From Lama glama (lineage: Eukaryota): 64,000 nt of DNA. The translations under genes and the position numbers were made by a program. Below are positions 11,971 through 23,931 of the stretch, in pieces. Numbering within the stretch: position 1 is the stretch's first letter; each line of letters starts with the position of its first letter. Where the stretch lies: assembly GCA_028534125.1 (NCBI GenBank), contig CM052817.1, positions 3,536,001 through 3,600,000 of the forward strand, in the 5' to 3' direction. A model generated the notes under the pieces. The model was not told the origin of the DNA. It saw only the letters and a list, made by a program, of their open reading frames with translations, and searched no databases.

Positions 11971-14499
11971 TCACACACCCCTTTCTGTGCACCACATTAC
12001 AGGAGCCGTGAGAATGGCAGGAAATGGGAACATGCACTCCACCCTGTAACCTTAAACTGAACCAGGAAGATCTGACCAGTCGGCCCAAACACAGCTTCGT
12101 GGGAACACACGGTGTGAACAATGCTGCCCATTAAAGGCTGGGAGGAGATGACCCCAGCGGGCTGAGTGATAGGAGCCCTTACTCCTGGAGCCCCCCAAAC
12201 TCTGCCCCTCTTCTTTCCATGAGAATTCCTCTCCCCCACTGGGGGAACAGGGGCTTCTACAGGGTGGCCAGAGATTCAGGGCTCTGAAGGGAACCTGCCT
12301 GCACAGGCCACTGGGAATGTTCTTGATAGAATTAGGCAGAAACAGATACCTGATAACATTCACTACATACTTGCATGACTATAAAAAATTGCCATTACAT
12401 TTTCTTCCAGGTGGAGCAAGAATAAAAGGGATTAAGGATTAGCTGACAGTCTTAGCCACTCGCCCACGCCCCCTCCACCTCTTCATACCCACTTCCCTCT
12501 TAATGATCCAGGGATGTGCATGCACTTGGTGGAATCTCAAGTGGATGATCCACACCTTTTAGAAGGTATCATGACAAATATGAGGGAAGTGACCATCCCA
12601 GTGTCCCTGCCTGGCTCCTCCACCAGGGCCCCTCCCTTCTCGGTTCTTCTCCCCACCCCCAGTTCCCAAACTCACGAAGCTGCACCACAGGCCTGATATT
12701 TGCCCTGCTGTTCCCACTACCTGGATGCCCTCCTTCCCCCCTCTCCTTGTCACCACCTCTAGGAAGTCTTCCCAGGTTTCCCCAGGCAGGGAGTCTTGGC
12801 GGAGGGCAGGGTGGTTCAGTTGTTCCGGACAGGAGGGTAAGGACACAAAGTCAGAATTTACTGACTTAAGAAAAAAACATAGACACGTGAATTTTCTGGT
12901 ACAGTGAGTTTGTGGCCCTGGCTCAGCCCTGCTATAAAATTCCAGGCATTCTGAGGAACAGCGGGAGCTCCTGGAAGAGCCTTCCAAAACGCCTCTCTCA
13001 CTGTGGGCTCAGGAATGGCCGATGCGTATCGGCTGATGACGGATGCTTGCACCCCCTTCCTGGACTAAGAGGAGCTGACGCTCACTGGGTGCCAGGCTCA
13101 GTGAGTCTTGACTGGAGAGGCCAGGCAGCCCTGAGCAGCAGAGCCACCATCCCAGACACTCCTGGGTCCAGAGCAGGATGGCGGACAGAGGGAGGGAGGG
13201 AGGGAAGGAGGGGGCGCCAAGGACCAGGGTGCCTTCCCGGAGGGCTCCCCTGCGGCTGCCCTGTGCAGCATTGCTAAGGTCACCCTCCAGACTTCCCAAA
13301 AATGCCACCCTCTCTGGGACACCCTCCCTGACCACCAGCTCACTGGGGCCCTTGCTTACCCTACCCCAGTTAGAGACCCCCCTCACTTGTGAATTTCTTC
13401 ACAGCATCCCTCCCACCTGCCCCTGTCCTTGTGTCCCCAGGTCATCAGGTCTCACCGGGCAGGGACCATGCTTCACCCACCTGGCAGAGGGTCTGGCAGA
13501 GCAGTTTCTCTATAACTCGCCATCATTGAACAACTCAACCTCTGCAAAAGCCTCTCTGAAACACTCTGGGGCAAATGCCAGTTCAGGCCAAGCCCCAAGG
13601 GCACTGACAAAAACTGCATTGTTGATGAGTGGGGGGTCAGCTGGAGCCGGGGTCCAGGCGCTTCCTGCACCTTCACTCCCTCGGCCTCACCTCCATGCGG
13701 TGGGGCAGGTCCCATCAGCCCCTTTCCGATGAGGAAACAGAGGCCCAGAAGGGCCTGGGAGCAGCCAGGGAATCCCACCCACTCCAGGAGCCCAGACCCT
13801 TCCGCCACGGTGGGTACCACCCCTGGCACATCAGCGGGGCCCTGGCCTGAGCTTGGAGCCGAGCATCCCTCAGCCCCTCAGGGTCACCAATGTAAGGGGA
13901 GGGTGTGAGCCCCCAGCCACAGCTCCAAAGGTGGCATCTTTTCAAGTTTTAAAAAGGTAATATGCTGACTGACTTTGAAGAAAAGACATTCACAGACACA
14001 GAACGAAGGTGACATGGACCCCAAAAAAGCCATTTTGGGGAGCTCTCCCCCAGGGGAGACGTCAGAACCTGGATACCCCTGTGAGGCTGGCCAGGAAGAA
14101 ACCCTCAAAAGGCTTGACAGATGGACAATCGAACGAGCGACCAAGCGAGTGACACTTGGAAAGCCACCCATCGGAAAGCCAACCTTCCCGGGTTCCCTCG
14201 AGCTGCTCTCACCAGGAATGCTCCTCCGTGTTTAAACACACCCAAAGTCATTCACCTTTGTTGAAAAGCCGAGCCAACCATCTCCTGGGGGTTGTGTTGT
14301 GTTTTACGTGAGTGAAACAAGGCTGGGGCCAGAGAGGCTATTTAAAAGCCCCAACAAGTCACAGTGGCTTCATCAGTACCAGGGTCTTTGTCACCAGCAG
14401 AAATCACAGTGGTTTTCCAGGGCCGGTGAGAGTTGTTGCCAGCCTCGAAATGTCGTTCACATTCATCGTAACTTCAAATCATGGTATCATCACGCTTGC

Positions 14500-14720
14500 T
14501 GCAGACTCTTGTTGATATGTTACTAAAGAAATTGGTTTTAATATTTTGGTAACTACATTGCCATAGACCTGATTTCCTTTTAATCCTACACATTGTATGT
14601 TACTCTGATTATAAAAACTGCATTCTGAGAGAGGCTTCTCTGGACTCGGGGTTGGGGGGAGATCTAAGCACCCCTGTCCAGGATGGGGGGTCCTGGGAGC
14701 CAGGAAGCCCCCGGGTGTGT
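14500..14720. mobile_element. hAT-type DNA transposon fragment
   Basis: tgatttcctttTaatcctac...attctgagagagg motif, as in MER-class hAT elements. Confidence 0.45.
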
Positions 14721-15456
14721 GTCCGGGACAGCCTGTACTGCTGACACGCAGCAAGGCACAGATCACCACCTCCAATCACAGATGAAGAGTGGCTGCAGGA
14801 ATGAAATTAACTCCCCGAGCCCCTCAACCGTCCAGTGATACATCAGAAAATAAACTTGGAAGGGGTTAAGCAGCACTGATGGAATAAATGAAGAAAAACA
14901 TAAGATTTTTTATTGAGTACTTTATTTTTACGGAGTGAACATTCAATTGCATAACTGGTCAATGAGGTAGTCAATAGGGAAAAGTGGTTAAAAGCCGGGA
15001 AGGAAGTGAAGTGCACTTGAACTTGGTATACAAAGAGTTAACCTTAGGAAAGGCAGCAGCTCCAGACCACACCTCCCTGGACGACTTTCTCTCCCACCCC
15101 TAGTCTGGTGTGGGACCTGCCAGCCTATTTCTGACTTTCCAGTGGTGACAGATCTGGATTTCCTGGGCTCCAAAGCAGCCCCCTTTCCTTGGGTCACACG
15201 TGGCAGAATGGAGCAGGGTCGGGGGAGGGCCGCATCAGCTGGAACCAGAAACAAAAGCCACTCTCCCTGCTCAAGGTCTCCCTGCTGTGTCCCTTCCAGG
15301 TACAGGATGGCCCTTAGCACTGTAACTATTTCTCTTCCAAAACCAGATGGCAGCGGATTTCTTCGGGAATTACAACTAAGCGACTAACTGGTAAATGGGC
15401 AAAACTCAAGGCAGACACAAGAGTGACTTCTGCTCTAGTTAAGACCTCAGGCTCAA

Positions 15457-16057
15457 TCAAAAAATTAACGCCAAATTAGCATGTGATCCTGAAATTCCAC
15501 TTTGGGGTATACACCCAGAAGAAGTGAAAGCAGGGACTTGAACAGACACTTGAATCCCCATGTCTGTAACAGAACTGTTCACAATAGCAGAGAGGTGGGA
15601 GCAGCCCCAGGGTTGCAGACGGATGGATGGTAGACAGACGTGGTCCATCCACACAGTGAAAAAGAAAGCAGCTCATTCTGACACCTGCTACAACACGGCC
15701 AAACCTTGAGGACATCATGCCAAGTGAAATAAGCCCGTCAAAAAGGGACAAATACCATTTGATACGAGTTCCCTAAAATAGTCGAATTCATAGACAGAAG
15801 TAGAATAATGGTTTCTAGAGAGGGTTGGTGTTTAATGGGGGCAGAGTTTCAGTTTGGGAAGAAGAAAAAGTTCCAGGGATGATGGTGGTGACGGCTGCAC
15901 AGCAATGTGAATGCACTTACCGCCGCTGAACTGCACACTTACAAGTGGTTAAGAGGGCAAATTTTAAGTTATTTGTATTTCATTGCCACTAAAAAAATAA
16001 TAATAAAGGACAAAAGAATAAAAATATGTCTTGCACTAAAAAAAAATAATAACAACA
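15457..16057 (+). mobile_element. 5'-truncated L1MB-like element with an 11-bp TSD, inserted in a MIR
   Basis: L1 3' sequence (aattccactttggggtatacacccag...aaccttgaggacatcatgccaagtgaaataag). ctcaggctcaa occurs at both 15446-15456 and 16058-16068. Confidence 0.88.
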
Positions 16058-16068
16058 CTCAGGCTCAA

Positions 16069-16260
16069 GAGTGAAATCACATCTCAGACCCTTATTAGCT
16101 GTGAACCTTATTTTCCCTGTCTGTACATTGAATATAAGAATCGTATCTACTCTGTAGGACTGCTTCCGGGGCTACGCAAGTGAATGCTTGTGATGCGCTT
16201 GGCACAGCAACGGCCACACAAATGGGGACTGTGACCGTTAACTTGGCCACTACTCATCAG
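16069..16260 (+). mobile_element. MIR SINE, distal part
   Basis: cttattagctgtgaacctt...ctgtctgtacattga...gcgcttggcacag. Confidence 0.55.
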
Positions 16261-17427
16261 GCGCAATATGTGAATAATGAGAAATTGTTTTATAAGATAA
16301 AATGACCCCCGAAGCAGCAGCCTGGAGGTGACCCTAAATGCCACGTCTCTCCAGCTAGAAGGCCTGGGTGATGCTATCTCTGCTTCTGATGCTTCAGAAA
16401 TCTGTGCGGCACGGAAACCTCATAACGAATCCTTTCCGAATTAAAACTGATCTGAATAGAAGCAGCCACCCTCGGCATGGCTCTTTTCTTACTTTAATTT
16501 GAACTTCATTTATCTCGGCACATCAGGAAATGGCCTCGTGCAAGAGATGAGCCCGTTGGAGTCAAGGGGAGCTCCACGTTGCAGGAAATTATCTGCTTTT
16601 GCAAGACAATCACTAAGGAAGGAGGGTGCTGTTATTTTAAGATCTTTGAGCTGGTGTGAGAAGAAACTAATTAAATGATTGTAATTTTCTGTGCAAATAC
16701 AGTAACTGCTACAAAAATGCAAATGAAGAAGGAACTTTTCCACCTCAGAAGCTCATTGGAGCTTTCCACTCTTTTATTTTTTCCAGTTCTCCAGTGAAAG
16801 CTCACCTTCAAGCATCCCTATTAAACGTTTAAAGCAACAAACAGAGCTTCGTCGGGATAAAGAGGACACACTACTCGATCTGCGAAGTCCCCATCCTGGG
16901 GCTTTGTCAGTCAGCAGCTCCCCCGGCGAGGCTGGGAACAGGCTGCCTGAGTCTGCGCTTTTCAACCCAGCGGAGCAGGTCAGGGATGGCCCGTGGGAAC
17001 TTGCATGGGGCCGGGGTGGGGTGCTGGCAATCTCCACCATCCACTCCGTGGAATCGGCAGAGCCACGGGTGTATGTTTACATGGCACTTCTCTGCCCAGA
17101 ATCCAAGCTCATCCAAGCTCACACCCAGGACAAGGATGGATTCCCACAGCAAGAGCAGGCTGGGAACAGACTCCCAGGCACGCCTTGCCTTCCAGACGCT
17201 GTCGATGGAGACCTCACCATATCCACGAGGAGAGCCAGGGCTCCCCCGCTCCCTGGGCTTCCAAACCCGGGCAGAAGTTGGCCAGCAACAGGGACAGGAA
17301 CAGCTGGCTTCCCGGGTCATCAGCATCCCTCTGCGCTCCATAAAGCAGTGCAAGCTTGGGAAGTAGGAGGGTGAGGGCAAAACAGGTCACTGGTGAGAAT
17401 CTGTAAATAACTCACTCTTTGGATGCT

Positions 17428-17570
17428 AGAAAGAAAAAAAGGAAAGAGAGAGAGAGAGGGAGAGAGAAGAAGAGAGAGGGAAGGAAGGAAGGAAGGAAGG
17501 AAGGAAGGAAGGAAGGAAGGAAGGAAGGAAGGGAGGGAGGAAGGAAAAAAAAAAGAAAAGAAAAGAGGAA
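17428..17570. repeat. Polypurine tract: (GA)n plus (GGAA)n microsatellite
   Basis: Seen directly; ~140 bp of purines only. Confidence 0.97.
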
Positions 17571-18099
17571 GCCTCAAAACGGAAGGGAGTTTACAAGCTC
17601 CCTCTCCGGGTCTCCCTGAACTGGAAACGACACTGGGATACTCGGCATTACGCCAACATGTGTTCTAATCGCGGCAGCTCTGTGCTCCCCAGTGTCATTC
17701 TCGTGGGTCTTAGCCTGCCTCTGACAAATAATCATAAAATAAAATTTAAAAACAACAGTAATGCTAAATATGGCCTATGCAAGCACTGAGCTGCTTTCTA
17801 ATCTGAAGGGGCGTGCAGAAGAATGAAGTTAATTTACGACCTCTTTAAAACACTCTCAGGAACCCTCATCCAACTACAAATTAAATAGCCACTTCATTAA
17901 AGTAAAAGTAGATTTGTGCCATGTGTTCAGGCACTTTATTAACAAGGCTGTTTTTATGTCTTTGAGCCAAGCTTCCTGATGGACCGACCTGTCCTTTCTC
18001 TGCCAAGTGCTCCAGGCTTTTCAGAACCCCAGGCCTCCCCCTCAGCCTTCATGCTCTCACCACGCCAACTTCTTCCTCAGCCCAGGTGACACTGACTTT

Positions 18100-18272
18100 A
18101 CTCATCCTTCGGAGCTGCTCAGTCATCACCTCCTCCAGGAAGTCCTCCCTGACCTCCCCAGTACAGATCCTTAGGCCACTGGAATTCTGTGATGAATTCC
18201 TGTCCAGACCCAATGGCCCTCCAGGACAGGGCCATAACTGGTTTGCTCATCACTGTATCCCCAGCACCTAAC
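18100..18272 (+). mobile_element. L2 fragment
   Basis: tcacctcctccaggaagtcctccctgacc...gctcatcactgtatccccagcacctaaca. Confidence 0.65.
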
Positions 18273-19269
18273 AAACCCTCTTAGAAAGCGGCTGCTGTGA
18301 GGGCTGATGTGAGGCCTCTTGTCACCTGGGGCTCTCAGACTCCATGTGATCTCTTCCGGCACAGGGAGAGTGCAGAAGACCCTAGGTGCCTCCCCAAGTA
18401 CGACACCACTGGCTCGCACGCCGAGACGTCCCTACCCCTGCCCACCCAGCGTACGTCTCCACTGCCCATCACCTGCCCAATAACACCAGCTTCCCTCGCT
18501 CTCTCATCACTCTCGGTCCCGCCGCCAGCCCCAGGGTCCTGGACAGTCTTGCTACAGCTGGCGTCCTGACCACAAATGTGGCAGGCACACAGTGCTGGTC
18601 ACCACATCCTTTGACCTTTGTCTCTGTCTCTCGGTGGCCACTGAAGGCCACCAGGACAGAGAAGCACTTCATCTGGGCAGGTGCCCACCAGCCACAGCTC
18701 AGCCACCCGAGAACCAGACTGCTCTCTTCAATCCAGTCCCCACCCCAAAATGCTGGGAGGCCCGCACTGTGGTGGCCTGGAATTCCAAAATATCTCATGG
18801 CGATTTCAGCAGACTTAAATGTAAGACCCTGGAGCCACCAAGCTGGCCTGCAAGAGTGGAGTGGAGCTGTCATCACAAACCACAGCCATCAGAGGCGAGG
18901 CTGCAAATCAGCTGGGTCACCAGGTTCATTCAGGAGCCTGAAGGGCTTTATACGAAGGCCCTTATGGCCTCAGATCTGGAAGCTGGCCGTGAGCCACCAA
19001 GCCAGGGCTGCTCCAGGAAGGAGAGGCCTCCAGAGCAGGGAGCTGCCCCGCCCCACCCGTCCTCACCTGAAACCTCTCCCACGCCCACCCTCTCTCTCTG
19101 CCCCTCCAGGGCCCTGGACCAGGCTCCCCATCGCAGCAGCCTCCCCTCTGAGCCCCTGTGCAGGGTCCCACCTCCACGGCCCGTCACCAGCCCCGCCAAG
19201 CACACTGCCTCCAGGGTGCTGGCTAAAATTCAGCCCAACGCTGTGACCTACAGCCCGTGCTGCAGGCTG

Positions 19270-19430
19270 GCTCTGCTCAAGCACTTTACGTGGATTATCC
19301 CACCTAACCTTCACAATAGAGAGACCTGCGAGGCTTCACGTCCCCCAGGTTCAAGCCTGAGGCCCAGAGAGCTCAGTCAATCCGCCCCAAGTCTCAGAGC
19401 CAAAAAGGAGTAGGGCGGGGCACCCATCCA
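19270..19430 (-). mobile_element. MIR SINE
   Basis: aagcactttacgtggattatcccacctaaccttcacaa...ctgaggcccagagagctcagtcaa. Confidence 0.65.
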
Positions 19431-19869
19431 GGTGAGCAGGCTCCGAAGCTCAAGCACCAATAGCCACCACCTGCACTGCCACCCTGGGCTCTTCAGCTTC
19501 CTGTTTGGGACCTTTTAGGAGATGACTTCAACCAATGTTTTCCAAACTTCTTCCCTCTGATTTCTCTCCATGCACAACGCACTCACTGTCTCCTTGCCCA
19601 ACACATACATACCCTCCAATTCCCGCCTCCCAGACCTTGCTCAAGCAGTTCCTCACCTAGAATGTCCCTCTCCCACATGCTCCCTGGGCTCATTCTATGA
19701 GGCTTCCCTGATGCCACCCCTTCCAGGCAGTCTTCTCTGATTTTCTCCACTGGGAACTGTTCATGTCCATCCCATCTTTCCCTGCTGGACTACTCTGAGC
19801 TCCACTGTGTTAAGCACAGACGATGCAAAGGTAGCTGAGATCCCTTCCCTGCTGCTAAAGGCTGACTCT

Positions 19870-20192
19870 CCCCCTACCCCTATATATATTTAAGGCCTAA
19901 TCCCCAGGCTTAGAATGTGACTGTATATGGAAATGTGATCTTTAAAGAGGGGATTAAGGTAAAATGAGGCCATTAGAGTGGGTCCTGATTCTGTATGATT
20001 GGAGTCCTTATAAGAAGAGATGGGGAAACAGATACAAAGAGGAGACGGCCATCGATAAGCCAAGGAGAGAGGCCTCAGGAGGAACCAACCCTACTGGTCC
20101 CTTGATCTTGGCATCCAGCCTCCAAAACTGTGAGAGAATGCATTCTTCCAGTCTGTGGCACTTTGTTATGGGGGCCCTAGGGGGCTAATACA
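19870..20192 (+). mobile_element. MLT1A/B-like LTR
   Basis: agaatgtgactgtatatgga...gccaaggagagaggcctcagg...ctttgttatgggggccctagggggctaataca. Confidence 0.9.
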
Positions 20193-23100
20193 CCTGCCCT
20201 CGAGGAACTTGACATCTGACAGGTGCACTAGGTATCACCCAATTCAGAAGCTCCACATCGCTGATTCAGAGCTCTGGTTCTCTGGGTATAAAATAAATAT
20301 AAATGTTAGGTTCCTGGAGATCCATGAGCAGAGACCATGCATAGTCAGCTCAGAATTATCGCTACATACAACTCCCCAACATCCCCAAGCCCACAGACAC
20401 AGCACAGAGCAGGTGTGGAAAAGGGCTGGGGCAGAGGCGGGCAGTGCTGATCTACGGACTAACAGAGACAAAGCTGAACAAACTGGGCCCGGCTGCAGGG
20501 GAGTCATGTTCTCGTCCATTGATGCATCAAAGGCAAAGTTCCAGTGTCGTGAGGGAAGGAGTGCAGGTGAGCTGAACTTAAAATAAGTATCCTAAGCACG
20601 TGATTCCCCAGAAACAGTAAAACTGGGACAGGGCACAGCACACTCCCAGTGGGGTAGCAGGACACCATGACCCCAGAGGCAGAGACCTGTATTCTGTCAT
20701 TGGGATCCACCTCCAGATCACACCTCGAGACCCAGAACCTGGAGCCTCTGAGCACAACCCGTCCTGCAGCCATCAAAGGTAACGCCGCTTGGTTTCATTG
20801 AAACGTTTAATTCCACACCTAACAATTTGTTTCTACAGCTAAATGTCAGACAGAAAGGCAGTGTCTGGACTTCCCAGCAAGCCGCCTTCCCTGTCGGCAC
20901 AGGGAACAGGAGGGAACCAAGCCTTTGGAAGGAAAACGCACACAGGTTCCCAGCGCCTCAGCGACAGAGGCTTGTCTCGGAACCAGCTTGAATTCCTTTC
21001 TGCAGATGCTCTAAAATACCATTTTCAAAAGTCGGTCCCTCTCACCAAATGTTGTTTTTTTTTTAATACACCTGACATGGTAAACTCTTTCTCTGATCAC
21101 ACTGACTACATCCGCAGAGCGTAGCTTCTCGGGTCCAGATACCTGAGCAAATTAGGTGAAATAAAATTTTGAAAAGGCTCTGCTCAGCAAGTCAGTCTCA
21201 AGTTCGTTTCTTTTCTGTTATAGTTTTCAAAGATGGTCCTTTAAAGTGGAGGTGAACCAAGTGCAGAATCCTGGCTAAAGTCTTTGGCCCTGAGACTGCC
21301 AGAGGGAGCGAAGAGTGATTCTGAAACACTTCACGTGCCAAGAAAACAATGCTATGCGTGCGCGGAATAACCAATGCGAAAAATGGTTTTATTTGGCGCT
21401 TGCTTACAGCTTTCACTCCTCTTGAGTTTTCCCCAGGCAAGTGAAAGTCTTAAAGCATCACCTGCTCTCCAAGCCAAGGGATGATGCGCTTTTGCAGAGA
21501 GAACTCCAGTATCCCTAACTTCCCATTCCAGAGAATGGGTGAGCAGGGGCGGGACGCGGGAGGAGGAGGTGCTTGAGCCAAAAGCCTGGGTCAGCATCTC
21601 CAGGCGGCTGGCCTTCTCCCACCCACAGACTCGGACCCTTGCTAATAGCAACAAGTACTTCGGCTTCCGCTCCAAAGTGTCTGCTGAGTGCCAGGCCATG
21701 CCCTGCTCTCCACTGTCAGCCTTGCCTCCCATTTTGCAGTGACCAGGGGAGAGCTACACCTGTCAAAGCTCCTCTCCAGATCTGGTCTTCCTACCTGCCA
21801 CTAAAAAGAAGCCGGCAACCCCTCTTATAGTCCCCACTTCCAAGCCCCACCCCACCCCACCCCACCCATGCACCTGCCCAGTAAACAGCAAACAGTCACA
21901 GAGGAGTCCCTAAGCTCAGCCACTGTCCCCAAGGAGCAAAGCCAGGTGGGCTCCTTTCCGCCAGGCCCTGCCCCCCAGTGCCCCAGCCCCTCCCGCCCAG
22001 ACCCCTCCTCAGTCTCTCCAAGGAAGCTCTGCACTCAGAATGGGGGTGGGCGGGCTGGGTGTCAGTGAGGCCTGAGGGTGCTTGTCCCACCTGAGAGGCT
22101 GGTCCCCACCCTTCAGTGTCTCTCTCTCCTTTCACCACCACCTCCCCAGCGAAGCTGGGCGATTTAGGTATTCGGGCTTTACAGGACTGACTGTCAATCA
22201 CGTGTTCCTTGGAGTTACTGGTGGTGTGTCGGGGTTTCCTCCCAGTCCCTGTGTTACAGCTTACAGTACACGCAACGTGGTTTGCTGCCCAGTGTTGGGA
22301 CGTAATGAAGGGCGGGCTCCAGCTGCCCATCTGGGGCCTGACCTCTCTCGCAGGCCGCTCAACGGGATGGCCCCCCAGGGCTCTTCCAGGGAGGAGGCCC
22401 TGCTACCCTCCTCAAACACTACCCTCAGGGCCCTGACGACTGCCCCCTGCTGGCCGGCGGTGCCCAGGGCGTCAGCTCCACCCCCGCCCCTCCCCCCAGG
22501 GCTTCTCCTCTGACTGGAGATGGCAGAAAAGACCAGAGACTTGGCGTCTGCGCGAGAAGCTGGTAGGGGAGGGAGCCCGGCAGGGCACTGGACTCTAGGC
22601 CAGTCAGGCCCATCCAGTGCTGCCCCCTGCCCCAACATACTCATCCACTCACCCTACCCCTTTTCCAGCAGAATTCCCCACCTCAGAGCCCCCCAGCAGG
22701 GCCAGACAGAGGAGGTGGGTAAAAGTGTCTCCCAGCTCAGCAGCCCTACCCTGACTGAAGCAGCGCATGGATCCTCACCCCTCCACTGCCAACAGTCCTG
22801 GCCCTATGCTGCGTCCTCGGAACTCTGGCAAGCAGTGGTCAAGGAGAGGAGTTGGGGGTCAGCCATTGGACAGTGAGTGGACACTGATGGAAGGGAGTGA
22901 GGAGGGGCTCCCATCTCCTCTCCCCATTCCATCAGCACCCACCCCCCACCCACACACACAGCTGCCACCTTCCTGCACCACTCCCTCTCCCCAACTAGAA
23001 ATGACCCAGGTAGCGCTGCCTGGAGGCGACCCCATCGTGATCATGGGTCATCTGCTCCGGCAGGAACAGAGCGGGATGGGAGGGTAAGAATATGAGGGTG

Positions 23101-23920
23101 CCCCTATACCCCGGGACACACCACCAAAAAGGAAGAGGCAGGATGCTGTGGTGGAAGGAGGCACTGGAGGACCCTAACAGAAGTGGCCTTGCCGGGCAGG
23201 GGATGGCCAACTCCCAGCTGGAGCGAGGCCAAAATAGCCGCGAAGGTGGGGAGGGCAGGGAGAGAAGGGAGTTTGCGGCCACAGGTCTGGAGTGCAGCGT
23301 GGAGCCCAACTCCGCGTGTACACAGATCCCGGCGCATCCAGGTGCGTCCGGTGGCCGGGTCCTCAAGGCAGCCGCCAGTCAGACTACAGGAATCCGGGGA
23401 GAGGGGTGGCCCCAGAATCGAGGGTCCCATAAACGGACGCCAGGCTGACCCGGGACGTCCTGGAGCCCGTGGAGGTGCCACAAGAGAGGTCCCAAGTAGA
23501 CTAGGGTAGAGAGGGTCCTGGAGCCAAAAATCCTAAAGCAACACGGAGAGGACCGGGAGGAGTCCGAAGGAGATCGAGACGCAACACCGAGTTGGGAGCG
23601 ATCCTGAATTGCCTAGGGGCGCCCCATGGCAGCCAGGGTCCCGAAACCTCTGGAGACACCCCCCTCAACCTGGAATCTGGAGGCCAGAGGGGGTGCTCCT
23701 GAGTCTTGGAAATCAGCGAAAATGTCCCCCGAGGTGAGGCCGGATGCCCACATATCTGGGGACCTCTTCCCAAGTAACCGGTGGCCAGGGGCCCGTAGGG
23801 GCGCCGCCGAGATGACTCGCGTCCCCAAGTCTCTGAGGATGCCCGGGGTGACCGCGGGGCCGTGCGGAAGTGGGGGGCTCCGAGGTGTCCGGGGAAGGGC
23901 CCGCGGGGGGCGCGCGGAGG

Positions 23921-23931
23921 TCACTTACGCT
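23921..23931 (-). promoter_or_regulatory. SORCS2: 5' splice donor of SORCS2 intron 1 (AGC|GTAAGTGA), phase 0
   Basis: Plus-strand tcacttac|gct reads as consensus GTAAGT exactly where recalled SorCS2 similarity stops. Confidence 0.95.

Larger units (their letters stand above)
1..23928 (-). other. SORCS2: Proximal part of SORCS2 intron 1; exon 2 lies beyond the window start
   Basis: It lies downstream of the donor. No further SorCS2-like peptide appears in the ORF track. It is a mix of repeats and unique sequence. Confidence 0.85.

Noticed and set aside
16929..17172. Direct repeat aggctgggaacag about 230 bp apart
   Set aside because: No element hallmarks lie between the copies, so it is plausible by chance.
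17320..17668. ORFs with KEGR/PSFL repeats
   Set aside because: They are translations of the (GGAA)n microsatellite.
18386..19413. Overlapping 286-aa and 273-aa ORFs
   Set aside because: Non-ATG starts, GC-rich intronic DNA, partly MIR, with no domain or splice support.
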